DNA of 58,714 nt from a virus. Lineage: Duplodnaviria; Caudoviricetes. The stretch is from positions 1 to 58,714 of IMG/VR virus record IMGVR_UViG_3300005611_000026. One strand, given 5' to 3'. The notes below the pieces were generated by a model, which did not search any database, was not told the DNA's origin, and saw only the letters and a list, made by a program, of their open reading frames with translations. Positions within the stretch are counted from its first letter, which is position 1. Every line of letters starts with the position of its first letter. Made by a program: the position numbers and the translations under genes. Shown in pieces: positions 27,513 to 36,598 of this stretch.

Positions 27513-28530
27513 TCCAGCCATAAGGCACCAGATCTTTATCCAGCGGTACGCTTCGGGCTTAGGTACCGCATTCGGGGTTGAGCTGGCTAGAACCTACCAG
27601 ACTGTTATCGAATTGATTGAGGAGGGCGGCACTGATCGGCGTGTCGCCCAATTGAATCAAATACTCATCGATCTGGAGCAGTTAATCGCTGGCACGTTCA
27701 ATTCGGCCAAGACCGCCTTTATTCTTGAATTGGATGCACTGGCTCAGGCAGAGGCGGCATGGTCAAAACAGCTGCTAATCAATACCAGCACAGCGATTGC
27801 TCCGGCTTTGCCTGATATCACTCAGCTCCAAGCGGCGTATAAGATCAGGAAATTCGAGGCCACCCCAAATTCTCGGGTAAACATTGAGGAGGCGTTAAAG
27901 CAATTTGAGCAAGGGATTGCCAAGGCTATTCGTTTCGCTATTCGTGATGGGGTGGTTTTAGGTGAGACGACAGAAGCGATCGCAGAGAAATTGGCGGTTC
28001 AACAGATAGTCACCAAGCATAAGGCCAGAGCCCTAGCCCGAACCATGACCAATCATGTCTCGAATGTAGCTAGATCCTCGGTAATGGCCGCTAATGATGA
28101 TATTGTAAAATCCTATCAATGGCTGGCCACACTGGATTCTCGTACTACCTTGGTGTGTGCAGGAAGGGATGGCAATGTTTATCCGGTCAGCTCTGATAGT
28201 CCAAGACCGCCCGCACATTGGAATTGTCGATCTACAACCATTCCAGTCATCGAGCCTGAATACGATATTGGCGGTGGACAAGGTAGAAGGCCAAGTGAAA
28301 ACGGCGATGTATCCGAAAGCACCAATTTTGGCCAATGGCTGAAGCGTCAACCTGCAGGTTTCCAAGACGAGTATTTCTCACGGTTTACAAATGGGGAAGA
28401 AAAAGCCAAACTGTTTCGTAAAGGCGGGCTCAAAATCGATCGTTTTACTGATGCCAAAGGGGCTGAGTATTCATTGATCGACCTAGGACGGCTTTATCCA
28501 CTTGAATTTCAACGATCTGGGATCACGTAA
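27487..28530 (+). CDS. Minor head morphogenesis protein (SPP1 gp7/Mu F-like)
   Basis: WLATLDSRTTLVC, PPAHWNCRS. Confidence 0.92.
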   Translation: MRLRLHPSDPAIRHQIFIQRYASGLGTAFGVELARTYQTVIELIEEGGTDRRVAQLNQILIDLEQLIAGTFNSAKTAFILELDALAQAEAAWSKQLLINTSTAIAPALPDITQLQAAYKIRKFEATPNSRVNIEEALKQFEQGIAKAIRFAIRDGVVLGETTEAIAEKLAVQQIVTKHKARALARTMTNHVSNVARSSVMAANDDIVKSYQWLATLDSRTTLVCAGRDGNVYPVSSDSPRPPAHWNCRSTTIPVIEPEYDIGGGQGRRPSENGDVSESTNFGQWLKRQPAGFQDEYFSRFTNGEEKAKLFRKGGLKIDRFTDAKGAEYSLIDLGRLYPLEFQRSGIT

Positions 28531-28542
28531 CGGGGTTACACC

Positions 28543-29220
28543 ATGAAATACAAACTCATCAAATCCGAACACGAAGCACTCGACGAAGCAATCCAAAAAC
28601 TCTATGAGCCTGATGGTGACGGGTTTAAGTTGATCGTTGAAGGGCTGCCGACTGAGGACGTTTCGGGCTTGAAGAAAAAGGTAGACGAGCTGCTTTCTGA
28701 GAAGAAAAGCGAGCAAGCCAAGCGGGAAGAAGCTGAAAAAGCAGCTCAGGAAGCCAAAGACAAGGCCGCTAAAGAGGCTGGAAATTACAAGGAATTGTTT
28801 GAATCCTCAGAAAACAAGGTTAAAACACTTGAGGAAGCATTGAAGGATCGTGATGCAAGAGATAAGCGTCAATCGATCGGCGGGAAGGCGTTGGAATTAG
28901 CGCAAGGCTTGACAAAAGATGTGTCACGGGCAAAACTACTCGCAGAGCAACTGAAAGGCCGGTTAGATCTGGTCGACGGAGAGCTGAAGGTGTTGGACAC
29001 CGCTGGCGCTCTAACAGTATCAACTACCGACGAATTGGTAGAACAGGTCAAGAAGGATTATCCCTTTTTGGTCGATGGCAAGGACTCCTCAGGGGGGGGT
29101 TCGAGCGGAGACAAAGGCGGGGCTGGCGACTCGAAAAAAATCACGCGCGACCAATTTAATGAAATGGATCATGTTGCTAGATCCAAGTTCGCTAAAGATG
29201 GCGGCAAAGTAGAAGATTGA
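28543..29220 (+). CDS. Capsid scaffolding protein
   Basis: GLKKKVDELLSEKK coiled coil, SSGGGS linker; before coat gene. Confidence 0.85.
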   Translation: MKYKLIKSEHEALDEAIQKLYEPDGDGFKLIVEGLPTEDVSGLKKKVDELLSEKKSEQAKREEAEKAAQEAKDKAAKEAGNYKELFESSENKVKTLEEALKDRDARDKRQSIGGKALELAQGLTKDVSRAKLLAEQLKGRLDLVDGELKVLDTAGALTVSTTDELVEQVKKDYPFLVDGKDSSGGGSSGDKGGAGDSKKITRDQFNEMDHVARSKFAKDGGKVED

Positions 29221-29244
29221 TTTTCGACTTAAAAGGAGTCACCC

Positions 29245-30390
29245 ATGAATATATTGACAGGTCTCGCTGCGGACATTTATCTAGCAGCTGATACGGTAGG
29301 CCGCGAGCTTACCGGTTTTATCCCTGCGGCTACACAAAACGCCGAAACAACTCGAGTTGCGATTGGCGATGATGTAACCTCCCATTTCACACGCCAAGCG
29401 ACTGCGGTTAATGTTACTCCGTCGATGACCATTCCTGAAGGAACGGATCAGAATGTGGATAACAAGAAAATGCAGATTACCAAGGCGCGAGCTGTGCAAA
29501 TCCCATGGCGCGGTGAGGAGCAACGATCTGTTAACAATGGTGTTGGCTATAGCTCTATCTATGGCGACCAGATCGCTCAGGCCATGCGTACCATCACAAA
29601 TGAGATCGAAGCGGATGCTTATGCTGAATTGCAGAAGTCAGCCTCGCTTGGTTTTGGCGCAGCTAATGCCAATCTATTTGCTACTGATTTTGATGCAGTA
29701 ATCGATGGCCGACAATTGCTAGTGAATAACGGATGCCCTACTGATGATATCTCATTGGTGTTGGGCGGATCAGTCACCGGACTTCGCAAGCTAACTGGAT
29801 TGAATGAAGCGGACAAAGCGGGCACTACTGCATTCCGAGAGAATGGCACCCTGCTTAATATCCACCAAGTTCAAATGCGCGAATCGTCTCAAGTCTCAGC
29901 TCAGACTATTACTGGCGCTGGGACACATCGAATCAATGACACTGACTCCTCAAATACCATTGTTGGATCAACGTCATTAGAGGTTGATGGAACGACCACA
30001 GCTCCGACCGCTGGTGAAGTGTTTACTCTAGAAAATCAGACGCAGAAATATGTGGTTGGCAGCTCAAGCACGACCACTCTAGTAAATCTGAATGCTGGAT
30101 TGCTGCAAGCTACTGCGGATAATGCCCTACTTACTTATGAGACAGGGAATTATTTCCATAACTTTATGTTCCACCGCAGAGCGTTTGAAATTGCTGTTCG
30201 TCCACCTGCTTTACCCGAGGAAGGCGATGCAGCTATTGATAGCTTGCTTGTTCAAGATCCATTCTCCGGCCTTGTGTTTGAGATTCGGGTTTATGGCGGC
30301 TACCGTAAGGCAATGATCGAAGTCGCGGCGGCTTGGGGTGTTAAGGGCTGGAAACCTGAGTTTATCGTTTCCGGTCTTTCAAACCTATAA
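29245..30390 (+). CDS. Major capsid protein (P22 coat-like)
   Basis: VGRELTGFIP, QIAQAMRTITNEIEAD, DPFSGLVFEIRVY, AAWGVK. Confidence 0.9.
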   Translation: MNILTGLAADIYLAADTVGRELTGFIPAATQNAETTRVAIGDDVTSHFTRQATAVNVTPSMTIPEGTDQNVDNKKMQITKARAVQIPWRGEEQRSVNNGVGYSSIYGDQIAQAMRTITNEIEADAYAELQKSASLGFGAANANLFATDFDAVIDGRQLLVNNGCPTDDISLVLGGSVTGLRKLTGLNEADKAGTTAFRENGTLLNIHQVQMRESSQVSAQTITGAGTHRINDTDSSNTIVGSTSLEVDGTTTAPTAGEVFTLENQTQKYVVGSSSTTTLVNLNAGLLQATADNALLTYETGNYFHNFMFHRRAFEIAVRPPALPEEGDAAIDSLLVQDPFSGLVFEIRVYGGYRKAMIEVAAAWGVKGWKPEFIVSGLSNL

Positions 30391-30403
30391 TTGAATAGGC
30401 CAT

Positions 30404-30446
30404 AATAAAAGGGCGGCGGTCTTGAAGGCTTGCCGCCTTTTTTATT
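30404..30446 (+). terminator. Rho-independent terminator after capsid gene
   Basis: AAAAGGGCGGCG...TGCCGCCTTTTTTA. Confidence 0.8.
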
Positions 30447-30456
30447 GGGGGAAAAT

Positions 30457-30942
30457 ATGACCATCATTGTAGAGACAGGCTCGCGCGTAGATGGAGCTAA
30501 TTCCTATGTGACTGTCGCAGAATTTAATGCGTATTTGGCGCTAAGATACCCTTCGCGGTCGGCACCCACGGAAGCGGTGGCGGAGGGGTATCTGCTTCGC
30601 GCCATGGATTATCTGGAGTCTTTAGATTTCATTGGTGGCAAGGCGACTGATGCACAACCCCTGCAATGGCCTAGGGATCGGGTGCGAATCGATGGCTATG
30701 CCATTACATCGTCAGAGATACCCAAGGAGCTGAAAGTTGCTCAGTATGAGGCGGCGTATGGGTACGAGCTAGGATATGGGAAGGCAGATCCAATTGAAAG
30801 AACGGTTCAATCGGAAAAGATCGGGGAGATCGCCATTACTTATGCTAATAACTCCTCATCTCGAGTCGAGACTCCCGCGGTCAATATGGCATTGAAAAAG
30901 CTGCTTAAATCCACAGCTGGTACTGGAATCATCCGCGCATGA
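30457..30942 (+). CDS. Head-tail adaptor (DnaT-like family)
   Basis: IIVETG..GANSYVT, AMDYLES, QPLQWPR. Confidence 0.85.
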   Translation: MTIIVETGSRVDGANSYVTVAEFNAYLALRYPSRSAPTEAVAEGYLLRAMDYLESLDFIGGKATDAQPLQWPRDRVRIDGYAITSSEIPKELKVAQYEAAYGYELGYGKADPIERTVQSEKIGEIAITYANNSSSRVETPAVNMALKKLLKSTAGTGIIRA

Positions 30943-31295
30943 GCACATTCAATTATGCAGGGATTAAGGTCACAGCTGATCGACTGATAGCCAAATTCGG
31001 CCAAGATGTTACTGTTTCCCGCCAAGATCGATCGGGTTATCAGCCAGCGACAGGCACTTTTTCTCAGGTAAACTCGGTTTATACAGCAACTCTCGCTATA
31101 CTCCCAAAACCAAAAGCCGAAAGGGAGGAGGATGCGACTCAATTTACCGAGCAGCAAGGGATTGTAAAAAGCGATACGGCGCCAAAAATCGGGGACCAGA
31201 TCGCAGCCAATGGTGAAAACTATCGGATAACAGCAGTCAGGAATTTTCAGCCAGCGGAGACGCATATTTATTATGACATTCGCCTCACAAGTTAA
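30939..31295 (+). CDS. Head closure protein
   Basis: ADRLIAKFGQDV, YQPATG; synteny. Confidence 0.7.
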   Translation: MSTFNYAGIKVTADRLIAKFGQDVTVSRQDRSGYQPATGTFSQVNSVYTATLAILPKPKAEREEDATQFTEQQGIVKSDTAPKIGDQIAANGENYRITAVRNFQPAETHIYYDIRLTS

Positions 31296-31659
31296 AATCA
31301 ACATCGATGCATCTAAACAAGATATGGATCGGATTGTGCGTGGCACTTTGCTTGGCATTTATCGCGACACTATTCTTGATACTCCCGTTGATACAGGCCG
31401 ACTCCGAAACAACTGGTTCACCACTATTGGACGACCCACGGCTGGACAGCGAGATCCAAAGGGAAAAGGTGCTGGTGATGCGATTGCAAACGCAGTCAAT
31501 GTATCTAGGCAGTTCCCGATGGGATCGACCGTCTTTTTCACTAATAACCTGCCTTATGCCTCCACCATTGAGCTGGGGGGAATCGTTAACGGCGGGATTC
31601 GTGAGGGGCGTGGAATGCTCCGGCGGGCGATTGCCAATAGAACGAGAGGGTTAAGGTGA
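31273..31659 (+). CDS. HK97 gp10-like tail completion protein
   Basis: TPVDTGRLRNNW, NNLPYA..IE.G. Confidence 0.88.
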   Translation: MTFASQVKINIDASKQDMDRIVRGTLLGIYRDTILDTPVDTGRLRNNWFTTIGRPTAGQRDPKGKGAGDAIANAVNVSRQFPMGSTVFFTNNLPYASTIELGGIVNGGIREGRGMLRRAIANRTRGLR

Positions 31660-32081
31660 GCACTAATTTTCTGGAAATCCGGCTTGCTTTAGAAGTTCAA
31701 CTGCAAGCACTTGGCCTGTCAAATGTGGTTTATGAAAATACCGAGCTGGATCTAGCGACCCTAAACAAGAATGCTAATGTCGAGTTTTATCAGGCTTTCT
31801 TACTGCCGGCAGAGACTGAGGCCTTGTCAGCGGGACCCGAGGGGCGCGATATTCACGAAGGTATATTTCAGGTAAACTATTATTGTCAGGTCGGGAAGGG
31901 CGGGCATACGCTCCGACTCGATCAAATTGCAGACCAATTCAAGCGGGGCACGAGTTTGGTCAACGGGCTAACAACAGTCAGAGTCCGCAATGTATCTTTA
32001 GGCGCGGGGCGACGAGAAGATGCGTATTTTTTAAGAAACGTAGATATCTCATATTATGCGGTAACAGCCGCAAGGAGTTAA
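31656..32081 (+). CDS. Tail terminator protein
   Basis: VYEN, LLPAET, GIFQVN, FKRGT. Confidence 0.8.
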   Translation: MSTNFLEIRLALEVQLQALGLSNVVYENTELDLATLNKNANVEFYQAFLLPAETEALSAGPEGRDIHEGIFQVNYYCQVGKGGHTLRLDQIADQFKRGTSLVNGLTTVRVRNVSLGAGRREDAYFLRNVDISYYAVTAARS

Positions 32082-32084
32082 ATC

Positions 32085-32999
32085 ATGTCAGCCAGTGGCG
32101 CGAATACCCGACTTGCCCTCGAAGCAGAGTCCTCTTATGGGACAGAGCCAAGCGGGAACTGGAGCGTTTTCCCCTTCAATAGCCATACACTCGGTCTTAC
32201 CAAGGCGGTCAATGAATCGGCCATTATTACGGGCGATCGAAACATAAAGAATGTGAAGCTAGGCGCTCACCAAGTAGCCGGTGATATCACATTTGATTTA
32301 TCTAAACAGGCCATTTATTCGGAAGTAATCAGGGCGCTATTGGGTTCGACTACTGTTACCAATGGGCAATCAGGCGTAGGCACAGAGCGGATTTCATTCT
32401 CCGGCCAGACCGAGTTCTTAGACATACCCGGTATTAACGATGTTCATATCTATAATGGATTGGAAATGAACTCACTGGGTCTTTCAATTCCAGCGACAGG
32501 GCTTTGCACCGGTACTTTCGGGGTTGTGGGTCAAACCATGGACACTGAAGGATCAAGCGTTGGGGGAACATTGGTAGCAGCCGATGATTCTAATCTACCC
32601 TTCGATGCGTCTGAGGTAACAATCACTGAGGGCGCGGCGGATTCAATCGTCACAGAGCTTTCCCTGAATATCGATAACGGCCTTTCAAACCAGAATGTCG
32701 TCGGATCAGTCCTAGCGGCTCAGGGCGCAGGTGGTAAATGCCGAGTGACCGGATCAATGACAGCCCTGTTTGAATCGGGATCGTTGTTAGAGAAATTCAT
32801 AGCCAACACTGAGAGCGCATTGACTCTGCAGTTTGGCACTGGAGCGGATGGCTTTCGATTTGTCATGCCGCGAATCGTGTTTACCGCTGGGGCAACACCT
32901 GTTGAGGGGGATGGCTTGATATCCGTTTCCATGGAGTTTCAGGCATTGGCCAACGGTGGCGCTTCATCCATTACCTACGACGATGATCTTACTGCATGA
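32085..32999 (+). CDS. Major tail tube protein
   Basis: E..YGT.P, ESAIITGDR, LSLNIDNGL, RVTGSMT; synteny. Confidence 0.85.
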   Translation: MSASGANTRLALEAESSYGTEPSGNWSVFPFNSHTLGLTKAVNESAIITGDRNIKNVKLGAHQVAGDITFDLSKQAIYSEVIRALLGSTTVTNGQSGVGTERISFSGQTEFLDIPGINDVHIYNGLEMNSLGLSIPATGLCTGTFGVVGQTMDTEGSSVGGTLVAADDSNLPFDASEVTITEGAADSIVTELSLNIDNGLSNQNVVGSVLAAQGAGGKCRVTGSMTALFESGSLLEKFIANTESALTLQFGTGADGFRFVMPRIVFTAGATPVEGDGLISVSMEFQALANGGASSITYDDDLTA

Positions 33000-33373
33000 A
33001 AATTAAGAGTCTTTATACTGCCGATCGGCACGAGGAAGGTTCAGAGCTTACGATTAAGGACGAGCTGGGTAAAGAAACTCCGCTCGTTCTTGTCGTTAAG
33101 GGACTGGACTCTCCGACCTATCGCGCTGCATTTAAAAAGAATCGACAGCGTTTCTACGAAGATACCCAAGCGCACCCCGATAAAGATATCGACTCGGAGG
33201 ATTATGCACTGGATACCCTTTGCGAAGTCGTGTGCGATTGGAAGGGAACAGACGAACCGTTTGATCCTGAGCTATTGCGCGAGCTATTGATAAAAGCCCC
33301 TTATGTTAAGAATCAGATAGACGCCCATGTTTCCAACCGAAAGGCTTTTACGAAGGGCAAGTCCACGAAATAG
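32996..33373 (+). CDS. Tail assembly chaperone
   Basis: V.G.DS..YR, VCDWKG, QID...SNRKAF. Confidence 0.85.
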   Translation: MKIKSLYTADRHEEGSELTIKDELGKETPLVLVVKGLDSPTYRAAFKKNRQRFYEDTQAHPDKDIDSEDYALDTLCEVVCDWKGTDEPFDPELLRELLIKAPYVKNQIDAHVSNRKAFTKGKSTK

Positions 33374-33687
33374 TCGCTTTTGGCCGGTGGATCTGGTACG
33401 CCAACAGTAAGCCGGAAGGCAGCGATTGCACCCACCTAGACCACTGGAAGCGATACGAGGCTATTTCGGGAAGGACACCGAAGGAACTTGCCAATCAGCC
33501 AGAAATTAATGAGGCACAGCTTGCGATCTTTGAGACCTATAAAAAGATTCTGACAGGGCGTGATCAGATAACTCTGGTTGATATTCAGGCGTTTTGCAGC
33601 ATCTATCAGGAACAACTATCATGGTGGGAAATCGATACCATTTTAGAGCTGGACAAAGCGAGAATTGAGCAATGGGTAATGAAGTAG
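33346..33687 (+). CDS. -1 frameshift extension of tail chaperone (missed by ORF track)
   Basis: Start-less -1 frame FYEGQVHEIVAFGRW...ITLVDIQAF...WEIDTILELD..MK* fills the gap before the tape measure gene. Confidence 0.8.
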   Translation, partial: FYEGQVHEIVAFGRWIWYANSKPEGSDCTHLDHWKRYEAISGRTPKELANQPEINEAQLAIFETYKKILTGRDQITLVDIQAFCSIYQEQLSWWEIDTILELDKARIEQWVMK

Positions 33688-35690
33688 CCAACCTGATTTT
33701 TAAGGCTGACACCTCGCAGATCGAGAAAGCAGAAAAGCGACTCGACGAGCTCGGGCGTACAGCTAAGGACGTAGATGGTGATTTCGACAGGCTGCAACGG
33801 GAAACCAAGCAGACCACTAAGGAAATCGACAAGCTAGGCGATGAATCCACGCAGACCGGCCGGAAAATGCGCGGGCTCAATACTTCAGCCAACAGCGTAT
33901 CTAAGGCATTCGCCGCTCTCAAAATCCCGATAATCGCAGTAGGTGCCGCCTTTACCGCTGGTTCGATCGCTTTTAATCGCTTTGCCGAAAGTATTGAGGA
34001 GTCTGGAGCCGAGTTCTCTATCCTGAATGCCCGATTAGTTACAGCTACGGGATCGACTGAAGCAGCGGCGGAGGCATTCGACCTACTTAATAGCTTTGCC
34101 CTAGAGACACCCTTCACCCTGAATGAAGCAGTCAACGGCTTCGCCAAGCTCACCAACTTGGGTCTCAACCCATCCAGAGACGCCTTAGTTTCCTATGCAA
34201 ACACAGCGGCGGCCATGGGTGCCTCGCTGGAGCAGATGGTTGAAGCGGTAGCGGATGCCACGACCGGCGAATTTGAACGCCTCAAGGAGTTTGGTATTCG
34301 ATCAAGTCAGGAAGGCGATCGGGTTACATTCACATTCCAAGGCGTATCAACGACCATTGAGAAGGAAGCAGCGGCCATTGAGGGCTATTTACGGGATATC
34401 GGGAATGTCGCCTTTGCTGGCGCGGCCATTGAGCAGACGCGTACGCTGGCTGGCTCTGTGTCCAATTTAGAACAGGCTTATGATCTTCTCAAAATCGCAG
34501 CGGGTGAAGCAGCGGGCGCAAACGAGATATTTGCCGAGACAAACAACCAAGTCGCTTCTGAGATTTCAGACCCCGAGTTTCAGGAAGGGCTGGCCAGAAT
34601 TACCGCAACCTTTGCCGAATTGAAAAAAGAGGCCAAACTGGCCGGCGTGGCAGTGGTTAAATTCTTCGTTGATGCCTTCTCTACTACCACGGCAGAACAG
34701 ATTGAAAACACTGAAGCCAGAATTGCTCAGACTGAATCCGCACTCCGGAGACTGCGAACACGAGGCATTGATGAATCCAATGCAGGGTTTCAGGCCAAGA
34801 GTGAGCTGCTGTCTCAGCTGCAACAGGATCTAATCAATCTACAGGCTGAAGCCGACACGACAGCTGAAAAGCTGGCCAGTGCTGGCGAAACCCTTAAAAA
34901 GCCACCCGAGGAGGAAGAAGCTGTCGAGAGGGAAACCTTCGACCCTTCAGGAATAGACGATTCATTCGGGGAAGAAAGCCCGTTTCTGGAAGCCTTCGAG
35001 GCGGATATTACAGCCAGAGAGGCGCGGTTTGAGGCATTCAGAGAGTCTGAGCTACAGCGACTCCGTGAGTTGGAACAGGCCAAGCTGGACGTCCAGAAGG
35101 AATTTCAAGATATTGGGTTTGAGCAGTTTGCTCAAGGTCAATTCAATATTTTCGAGTTCTTAGAGAAGGCCAAGGCGGCTGAGTTAAACCTCGAGGAATT
35201 GACCGGCAAGCAGAAGCAAAAGCTGGCCATTGGTGTTGGTGGTCAATTATTAGGTGCGCTGGCCAGCCAAAGCAAAAAAGCATTTGAGGTTCAAAAAGCG
35301 TTCAAGATCGCAGAAACCGTAGTCAGCACTTACAATGCAGCGACCTCAGCTTATGCTTCATTGGCACCTATTCCGATTGTAGGACCCGCACTCGGAGCGG
35401 CGGCAGCGGCGGCAGCAATTGCCTTTGGTACAGCTCAAGTAAACGCCATTAAAAGCACTCAACCCGGTGGGGGGTCTGTCAGTGGTGGATCAATTAGTGG
35501 TGGTACTTCCGCTTCTGGTGCGGCTGCTACGGCGCCCGTTCAGCCTACTCAGGTAGAGAGGGAGCCGGAGACTCGAGTTGTTGAGTTAACAGTTAATGGG
35601 GCTATTGATCCAGAAGGAACCCGCCGACTTGCAGAGGCGCTGAATGAGGCGTCTGGTGATGGTGTTGAAATAAGGGCTAATGTGATATGA
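33672..35690 (+). CDS. Tape measure protein
   Basis: FALETPF, AVADATTGEFERLKEFGI, AYASLAPIPIVGPALG. Confidence 0.95.
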   Translation: MGNEVANLIFKADTSQIEKAEKRLDELGRTAKDVDGDFDRLQRETKQTTKEIDKLGDESTQTGRKMRGLNTSANSVSKAFAALKIPIIAVGAAFTAGSIAFNRFAESIEESGAEFSILNARLVTATGSTEAAAEAFDLLNSFALETPFTLNEAVNGFAKLTNLGLNPSRDALVSYANTAAAMGASLEQMVEAVADATTGEFERLKEFGIRSSQEGDRVTFTFQGVSTTIEKEAAAIEGYLRDIGNVAFAGAAIEQTRTLAGSVSNLEQAYDLLKIAAGEAAGANEIFAETNNQVASEISDPEFQEGLARITATFAELKKEAKLAGVAVVKFFVDAFSTTTAEQIENTEARIAQTESALRRLRTRGIDESNAGFQAKSELLSQLQQDLINLQAEADTTAEKLASAGETLKKPPEEEEAVERETFDPSGIDDSFGEESPFLEAFEADITAREARFEAFRESELQRLRELEQAKLDVQKEFQDIGFEQFAQGQFNIFEFLEKAKAAELNLEELTGKQKQKLAIGVGGQLLGALASQSKKAFEVQKAFKIAETVVSTYNAATSAYASLAPIPIVGPALGAAAAAAAIAFGTAQVNAIKSTQPGGGSVSGGSISGGTSASGAAATAPVQPTQVEREPETRVVELTVNGAIDPEGTRRLAEALNEASGDGVEIRANVI

Positions 35691-36598
35691 GTGCGATTCT
35701 GGCAGAAAATAAACTCCATTCTTACATCTGGAGAAGGGTAGGCAGCGAAAGAGCCACCATTACCGCTGATAAAACTGAGCAAGTAGGCTTCGGCTTTAAA
35801 AATTGTTGTGACAATTCGGGCGGCACTAAATGGATGCTACCTAGTGATGGGCAGCAGCAGGAAATTACTATCGTGTTCCCTGCGGTGCAATTTACCAACG
35901 GCTTTGCTATCTATGGGCATAACTTGGGAGCTACACAAGGCATATCGATTCAAACCTCTCAAACCGAATTAAGCACACTATTTAACTTTCTCGATTCAGA
36001 AGAAGATGTTTATAGCGGGAGTTATTTCCCGACTGAAAAAGGCAAGGCATTTGCTGCGTATTTCCCAAACGCTTTAGATATTACCGAGTTTATCCGGCTA
36101 AGAATCACTACGCTTAATTGGGATCAAAATTCATACATTTCATTCATGTCGTTTGGTATGTGGGTCGATGACAAAATCGATATTGCTGCGCCTTTTACCC
36201 CGCCTTACCAAAGGCGCTACGAAAATGAGTTGAGCAGGAATAGCAACGGACACCCATTGATGAATGTGACTCGCCAAGCGGCCACTAAAATGACCATTAA
36301 TTTGGTAGATTACGAGGAGCTTGGATTAACTACTCAACTGGGTACAAATTACGCCTCAAGAATCAATGGTGCGGACAATGGCAATCCTACATTCATCGAT
36401 TACATGCAGTATCACTTAGGGATTAATCCTTTTTTCCTGATGTATGACGTGGGCGCGGATTCTACTGAAACTAGCCTACAGATCCAGACTCGGCGGAGTC
36501 GAGTATTTCTTTGCCATGCTGACAAATCTATTGGCCAGCCTCGGTATAATCGACCAACCGCTCTTGAATGGCGCTTGCCGGTAGTCGCTAATGCCTAA
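35687..36598 (+). CDS. Distal tail-like minor tail protein
   Basis: Follows tape measure; AIYGHN, NPFF as in 7061-7804. Confidence 0.6.
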   Translation: MSAILAENKLHSYIWRRVGSERATITADKTEQVGFGFKNCCDNSGGTKWMLPSDGQQQEITIVFPAVQFTNGFAIYGHNLGATQGISIQTSQTELSTLFNFLDSEEDVYSGSYFPTEKGKAFAAYFPNALDITEFIRLRITTLNWDQNSYISFMSFGMWVDDKIDIAAPFTPPYQRRYENELSRNSNGHPLMNVTRQAATKMTINLVDYEELGLTTQLGTNYASRINGADNGNPTFIDYMQYHLGINPFFLMYDVGADSTETSLQIQTRRSRVFLCHADKSIGQPRYNRPTALEWRLPVVANA

